Shown: positions 59,484 to 64,000 of the stretch, one piece after another | How the letters are laid out: every line of letters begins with the position of its first letter | How positions within the stretch are numbered: the first letter of the stretch is position 1 | Source of the DNA: Planctomyces sp. | GTDB taxonomy: Bacteria; Planctomycetota; Planctomycetia; Planctomycetales; Planctomycetaceae | Direction of reading: 5' to 3' | DNA length: 64,000 nt | Assembly: GCA_027483405.1 (NCBI GenBank) | Contig: JAIXUU010000025.1 | Location: 11,072 to 75,071, forward strand | The notes under the pieces: generated by a model | Told to the model about the DNA's origin: nothing | The model's input: only the letters and a program-made list of their open reading frames with translations | Databases searched by the model: none | Position numbers and translations under genes: made by a program

Positions 59484-60575
59484 TTGTCCGTTCAAGATGA
59501 ATGTCTGGCAAAAGTTGCCGTTCCGAAAATCTGCTCTGTTCGATGGGGATTGCCAGATGTACGATATCGGCACACTTCCCACGGATGGGGTCAAATCATG
59601 GCCGATTATCGTCATCTCTTAGCGATCTGTTTCCTGTCATCATCTCCTCTGGTGATGATGCCCGAAGGCTTTGCGACGGATCAGGATTCCATCGCAAACC
59701 CCGTCATCGCCGCACCGGTCGATGGTCATGCATCGCCAGTCAGAAGTATGGATACTGCAGGCAGTCCTCCTGCCCCATCGCGAGTGATCAATGTCAGTCG
59801 CGATCCCAGCGGTGAAATTCATATCTCACTCTCGGTCAGTACTCCGGAAGGAACATCGTCCCGTATCTGGAGGGCAAGGAGTCTGCCCGATCTGAAATCG
59901 AATCAGCCAGAGGGGTATGAAATTTTTGTGGAGTTTCTCAAAGGAGAAGTGGCTAACCGTGCCAGGCAGCGTGGCTTAGCCCGTGAGAGACAGAAACGGG
60001 AACAGGAGGGATTGCCTGTCGAAGACCATCCCGATGGACTTATCCAAGAAGTACCCGCTCAACCCGAAGCGGAACGGGTGGCTCAGCCAGAGCCGATCCG
60101 AATCCGTGAAATTGCCAGGCTGCCAGTGGTTGTTCCCCAGTCCAGTGCAGCGTGGCCTTCAAGTGAATCTCAGCCAAGGCAAATCCAGGCCGATATTCAT
60201 GGCGGGCGCATTGATATTCGGGATGATGTCGATGGCACGATTGCCATCAGTTGGCAGCCTCGAACAAACACCGCAGGACGAGAGCGGTTCTGGGTGGGGA
60301 ACTCGATTGAGAAATTGAAGGAATCTGACAGCGAGTTGGCCCAGTGGTATTGGCAACTGACAGGTGGGCCACCCACTGTTCTGCCGACCGATCCAAACAC
60401 ACTGATTTCCAACTCAGGTCTATCTGTGATCGGGTTGCCACCACCTCCTCCGCCAGTCGATCCAGCGGATGTCGAGGCAATCGTGCCTGTGACAGAAGTG
60501 GGAGGCTTGCCTCTGGCTCCTCCACCCATCGTGATTCCACAGGAAGACCTGCCGCTGAAAGCTCCCGTCCCGTGA
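59484..60575 (+). CDS. Hypothetical exported Pro-rich protein (start possibly 59598)
   Basis: Long ORF filling the gap in a co-directional run; signal-like segment at MADYRHLLAICFLSS; Pro-rich tail. Confidence 0.55.
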   Translation: MSVQDECLAKVAVPKICSVRWGLPDVRYRHTSHGWGQIMADYRHLLAICFLSSSPLVMMPEGFATDQDSIANPVIAAPVDGHASPVRSMDTAGSPPAPSRVINVSRDPSGEIHISLSVSTPEGTSSRIWRARSLPDLKSNQPEGYEIFVEFLKGEVANRARQRGLARERQKREQEGLPVEDHPDGLIQEVPAQPEAERVAQPEPIRIREIARLPVVVPQSSAAWPSSESQPRQIQADIHGGRIDIRDDVDGTIAISWQPRTNTAGRERFWVGNSIEKLKESDSELAQWYWQLTGGPPTVLPTDPNTLISNSGLSVIGLPPPPPPVDPADVEAIVPVTEVGGLPLAPPPIVIPQEDLPLKAPVP

Positions 60576-60663
60576 GTTGGGCCAATTGATGGCAGATGGA
60601 TTTGCGAAAACTGGCCGGGAGTTCCATGATTCATGAAGAGATGATGCATTTCAGTTTCTTCAC

Positions 60664-61323
60664 ATGGAAATTCGCCAAGTGATTCCTGCGTTATTTGCAT
60701 TTCGATTTGAATGGCCAGTCCCCAGGCTTGATCCGTGGAAGAAAGATTCTGCGAACTGGGTTCCCATCGATTCCCAGCATCGATTGCAGAGAGTTGAGCT
60801 GGGCACTGGGACAGCGGGAAACTCACTCGAAGTTTATCTCGGTTGGAATGCGGAGGGGTTGGGTGTGCGCTGCCTGGCTGGGAATCTCCCTGATCGACCG
60901 GTCTCAAACCCATTACAGGCGAGTTCGACCGATGGCCTGCAGATCTGGATCGATACGCGAAACACTCAAAACATTCATCGTGCTTCCCGGTTCTGCCACC
61001 ATTTCTGTTGCCTTCCGACGACGACAAAAGGGGCGCAAAAGGGAGTGGTGATTCAGCAGCCGATTGCTCGCGCAAAAGATGAGCAAGCACTGGCTAACCC
61101 CGATGAGATTCCCTGTCGCAGTCGAGTCGATGCCCACGGATATGAATTGGAAGTCTGGCTACCGGCTGGAAAGCTGGAAGGGTTTGATCCGATTGGCAGT
61201 CCGCGACTCAGCTTTTACTATCGATGGATCCACCATGGAATTCCCGATCAATTTCTGACAGTGGGGCTGGAGTTCCCTGTGGATGCTGACCCGAGCTTAT
61301 GGCAGACCATTGTGTTGTCGTAG
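60664..61323 (+). CDS. CBM9/DOMON-like beta-sandwich domain protein
   Basis: GWN.EGL, DGLQIWIDTR, ASRFCH.F, Y.LE.W.P...L.GFDP. Confidence 0.7.
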   Translation: MEIRQVIPALFAFRFEWPVPRLDPWKKDSANWVPIDSQHRLQRVELGTGTAGNSLEVYLGWNAEGLGVRCLAGNLPDRPVSNPLQASSTDGLQIWIDTRNTQNIHRASRFCHHFCCLPTTTKGAQKGVVIQQPIARAKDEQALANPDEIPCRSRVDAHGYELEVWLPAGKLEGFDPIGSPRLSFYYRWIHHGIPDQFLTVGLEFPVDADPSLWQTIVLS

Positions 61324-61370
61324 GAATCAAAGGCTTCTCAGGCAGTCGCTTCTCTCAATAGGGCTTTCTC

Positions 61371-62840
61371 ATGACAAGGTCTGCAGCACGCCGGGCAAGA
61401 CAAGCGATTGCATCAGTGCCAGGTGTGCTGCTGCTGGTGGGCTTGATTTTGTCAGGTCTGGGCCATGGGACTCAGGCCGAAGATTGGCCATGGTTTCTGG
61501 GTTCGACACATCTCGGAATCTCCCATGAGACAGATCTGGCGAAGAAATGGCCTGCTTCAGGGCCTCCCGTGTTATGGAAAGCGACAATTGGTGAAGGTTA
61601 TTCGGCACCTTCGATTGTCGGTGATCGAATCATTATTCATCACCGGATCAGAAAACAGGAGTTTGTCGATTGCCTGAAAACCACGACTGGGGAAAGGCTC
61701 TGGCGATATGAGACGACCACGTCGTATGTCGATCCTTACGGATACAATGGCGGCCCGAGAGCCACTCCACTGATTGCCCAAGGTCTGGTGATCACCTTTG
61801 GGCCAGAGGGTCGGCTGATCTGTCTGGATCTCGAACATGGCCAGTTGAAGTGGGAAGAAAAAAAAAAAAAAAAATGGCGGGTGCCGGAGCACTTCTTTGG
61901 ATTTGGCTGCAGCCCGATCATTGATGGCCAGCGCTTGATTGTCCTGGTGGGCGGACAACCGAATTCGGGTGTTGTGGCCTTTGATCTTGCTACAGGAAAC
62001 GTCCTCTGGGAAGCCGTGGGAAAATCGACCTGGGATGGCTGTGTGACTTCAACAGGAAAGCCCTATCGCTGGACGGGCGAAGAAATGGTGGTCAGTTACT
62101 CATCGCCTGTCATTCATGAAGTCGATGGCAAAAGGCATTTGCTTTGCCTGATGCGGCAAGGATTGGTTTCGCTCGATCCAGAGACCGGCAAAGAACGATT
62201 TCACTACTGGTTCCGCGCGAGAGTCCATGAATCGGTTAATGCGGCTCGGCCTGTCGTCTGGGGTCGAAAAATTCTTTTAGTCGCGGCTTATGAAGCCGGA
62301 TCTGTGCTGCTGGAACTTCAGCCTGGCGGGACGGGTGTTAAAGAAGTCTGGAAGAAACCCGATCAGTTACAGGCCCACTGGTCAACTCCCTTTTATGATC
62401 AAGGAGTGATCTATGGGTTTTCTGGCAGGCATGAAAATGGCGCGATGCTTCAGGCGGTTGATGCTGAATCGGGTGAGCTTTTGTGGGAAGAATCTGGCTT
62501 GAACATTGATGCCGAACTTCTGGAGAGAAGTTCGCAGACAGGTCGATTGAAACGTCGCGATACGGGTGAAGAGGTTCCCTGGCCATTTTATGGGCGAGGC
62601 TCAAAAATCCGCATAGGGAATCGGTATATCTTGTGGAGTGAACGTGGCACTCTCATGCTGGGGGAACTCTCTCGTCAGGGTTATCGAGAGGTGAGTCGTA
62701 CCGGTTGGGAAGATCTAACTTATCCCACATGGGTGGCACCAGTTCTTGCCAACGGTCAATTGTATCTGCGGGATGAAGACACCCTGCTCTGCCTCGATGT
62801 CGCAGAACCCCGTACAGAGCCAAAAACACCCGGTAAGTGA
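61371..62840 (+). CDS. PQQ-like beta-propeller repeat protein (exported)
   Basis: DWPWFLG, GEGYSAP, GPRATP, CSP.IDG, YSSP, repeated D..TG...W motifs, W.APVLANG.LYLRD. Confidence 0.9.
   Translation: MTRSAARRARQAIASVPGVLLLVGLILSGLGHGTQAEDWPWFLGSTHLGISHETDLAKKWPASGPPVLWKATIGEGYSAPSIVGDRIIIHHRIRKQEFVDCLKTTTGERLWRYETTTSYVDPYGYNGGPRATPLIAQGLVITFGPEGRLICLDLEHGQLKWEEKKKKKWRVPEHFFGFGCSPIIDGQRLIVLVGGQPNSGVVAFDLATGNVLWEAVGKSTWDGCVTSTGKPYRWTGEEMVVSYSSPVIHEVDGKRHLLCLMRQGLVSLDPETGKERFHYWFRARVHESVNAARPVVWGRKILLVAAYEAGSVLLELQPGGTGVKEVWKKPDQLQAHWSTPFYDQGVIYGFSGRHENGAMLQAVDAESGELLWEESGLNIDAELLERSSQTGRLKRRDTGEEVPWPFYGRGSKIRIGNRYILWSERGTLMLGELSRQGYREVSRTGWEDLTYPTWVAPVLANGQLYLRDEDTLLCLDVAEPRTEPKTPGK
61858..61874 (+). 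repeat. A17 homopolymer inside the PQQ-propeller gene
   Basis: tgggaag-A17-tggcgg, translated in frame as WEEKKKKKW. Confidence 0.9.
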
Positions 62841-62979
62841 TCACGATTTTGATTCAAGCCCTTTTCTGGCAGTTGCATCAGGCGAACTGTTTAGCAATGC
62901 TGCATGCAGTTGATCGGATAGCCAGACAATGGAAACTCCGGCAGAACTGTCCCATGGTTCCAAAGGAGGAGTATTCGTC

Positions 62980-63354
62980 ATGAGAACAGCCAGTAATGTC
63001 CTGGGAACTCCACTGATTCCCTGTGGTTTTGACCCTTTGACGGGCTTCTATCGAGACGGTTGCTGCAATACCGGGGGTGACGACACGGGCCTGCATCTGG
63101 TTTGTTCAGAAGTTACCGCAGAATTTCTGGAGTTTTCCAAGGCACGTGGTAACGATCTCGTCACGCCAGTTCCTCAGTGGAATTTTCCCGGATTAAAGCC
63201 CGGAGACCGCTGGTGTCTGTGTGTTGTCCGTTGGAAGGAAGCACTCGAACACGGCGTCGCTCCTCCCGTGGTTCTCGAAGCAACCCATATCTCGACACTC
63301 GAATTCGTGACACTCGATGAACTCAACGAGCACTCAGTGTCATCCAGTGACTGA
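62980..63354 (+). CDS. DUF2237-family protein
   Basis: GGAGGA RBS; NVLG..L..C...P.TGFYRDG.C.TG..D.G.H.VC, GNDL.TP, LKPGDRWCLC..RW.EA. Confidence 0.92.
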   Translation: MRTASNVLGTPLIPCGFDPLTGFYRDGCCNTGGDDTGLHLVCSEVTAEFLEFSKARGNDLVTPVPQWNFPGLKPGDRWCLCVVRWKEALEHGVAPPVVLEATHISTLEFVTLDELNEHSVSSSD

Positions 63355-63549
63355 TGAAGCGGAAGTTTTTAAAACTTCTGGACGCTGTCACGAGCCGTGA
63401 TCTTGGTATCTCACAGGCTCTGGCTCACTTTTCACCCTCACCAGATATCGGACGACAGGCTGTCTGAACGAGATGAGTTTGAACGGAGTTTTGCAGCCAT
63501 CATGTGGTGATAATACAGTTTGCAGTATTCAACTGCATTCCGTGATATG

Positions 63550-63638
63550 GGGTGGCTGGGGTTCAGCGTCTTCGCGAACCCCCAGTTTGTGCCAAAAATC
63601 GCTGGGGGTTCGAAGACTCAACCCCAGCCACCCGCCGC
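63550..63638. repeat. REP-like palindromic element, copy B (inverted relative to copy A)
   Basis: gggtggctggggttcagcgtcttcgcgaacccccag-loop-ctgggggttcgaagactcaaccccagccacccgccgc. Confidence 0.85.
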
Positions 63639-63700
63639 GCATTAGTTCATTGGAATCGGGATGAGCCGAGCCCAGCGACCTTTCTCACTCAATAAATTCA

Positions 63701-63727
63701 CCCCGCCAACAATCGATGTTGGCGGGG
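63701..63727. terminator. Intrinsic terminator-like hairpin between convergent genes
   Basis: ccccgccaaca-atcga-tgttggcgggg, flanked by A-rich and T-rich sides. Confidence 0.65.
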
Positions 63728-63799
63728 TTTCTCGAATTTCGTTAACAAAGGATGCATACCATCCAGCAAGCTTTGGCTGTCAGGGAAAGCGAGTCTGAA

Positions 63800-64000
63800 C
63801 TAACGAGTGGCCGCCTGTTGAAGTTCTTCTGGCGACATTTTCAGATCGGCGGGTTTAATCCCCTTTTTGTAGGAACCAAAGCCATACATGGTTGGTACAA
63901 ATTCGCCGACAAAAGCCACATTCGAGGTAGGATTAATGGCGGCTTCCTGCCCCAGTCCCCAATAGACCGCATTGATGATCATTCTGCGAACACCTTCGCT
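63800..64000 (-). CDS. 3' end of a probable ThuA-like domain protein (partial)
   Basis: The minus strand reads SEGVRRMIINAVYWGLG...NV.FVG.F.PT.YGFG..KKG.KP.DL and is open to the window edge. Confidence 0.55.
   Translation of the reverse strand, partial: SEGVRRMIINAVYWGLGQEAAINPTSNVAFVGEFVPTMYGFGSYKKGIKPADLKMSPEELQQAATR

Noticed and set aside
51166-63638. Repeat pair as a CRISPR array or as ends of a 12-kb transposon
   Set aside because: Only two copies with no spacer periodicity and no cas or transposase gene; the DNA between them is ordinary chromosomal genes.

Overview
Gene-dense bacterial chromosomal window, most likely from a planctomycete (Planctopirus-like; inferred from gene content, not checked). 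It is mostly core or housekeeping genes: pabA/pabB, carA, ndk, aroH, tilS, rny, glpK, xseB, mqnD, mog and a tRNA-Cys(GCA). It also carries two archaeal-type C1/methanopterin-related genes, a TolC/HlyD/ABC export operon, an Mn/Zn ABC importer, an SPFH operon and a small islet behind the tRNA. I saw no rRNA, CRISPR array, integrase or transposase. Main leads: (1) an uncharacterised three-gene membrane module at 54.2-57.3 kb (barrel-sandwich/KOW protein, DUF6754-like protein, multipass membrane protein); (2) an SDR lacking the catalytic Tyr at the head of a pterin/pABA gene run, a candidate dihydropterin reductase; (3) a type I export ABC protein with all ATPase motifs degenerate; (4) a membrane-anchored HEPN protein; (5) two ABC permeases each fused to a DtxR-type domain, with a candidate operator upstream; (6) a 39-aa basic zinc-ribbon ORF with bL32-like Cys spacing. 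Smaller oddities are an in-frame amber codon, an A17 tract and two inverted copies of an ~89-bp palindrome. Family assignments come from motif recognition by eye; no database searches were run.
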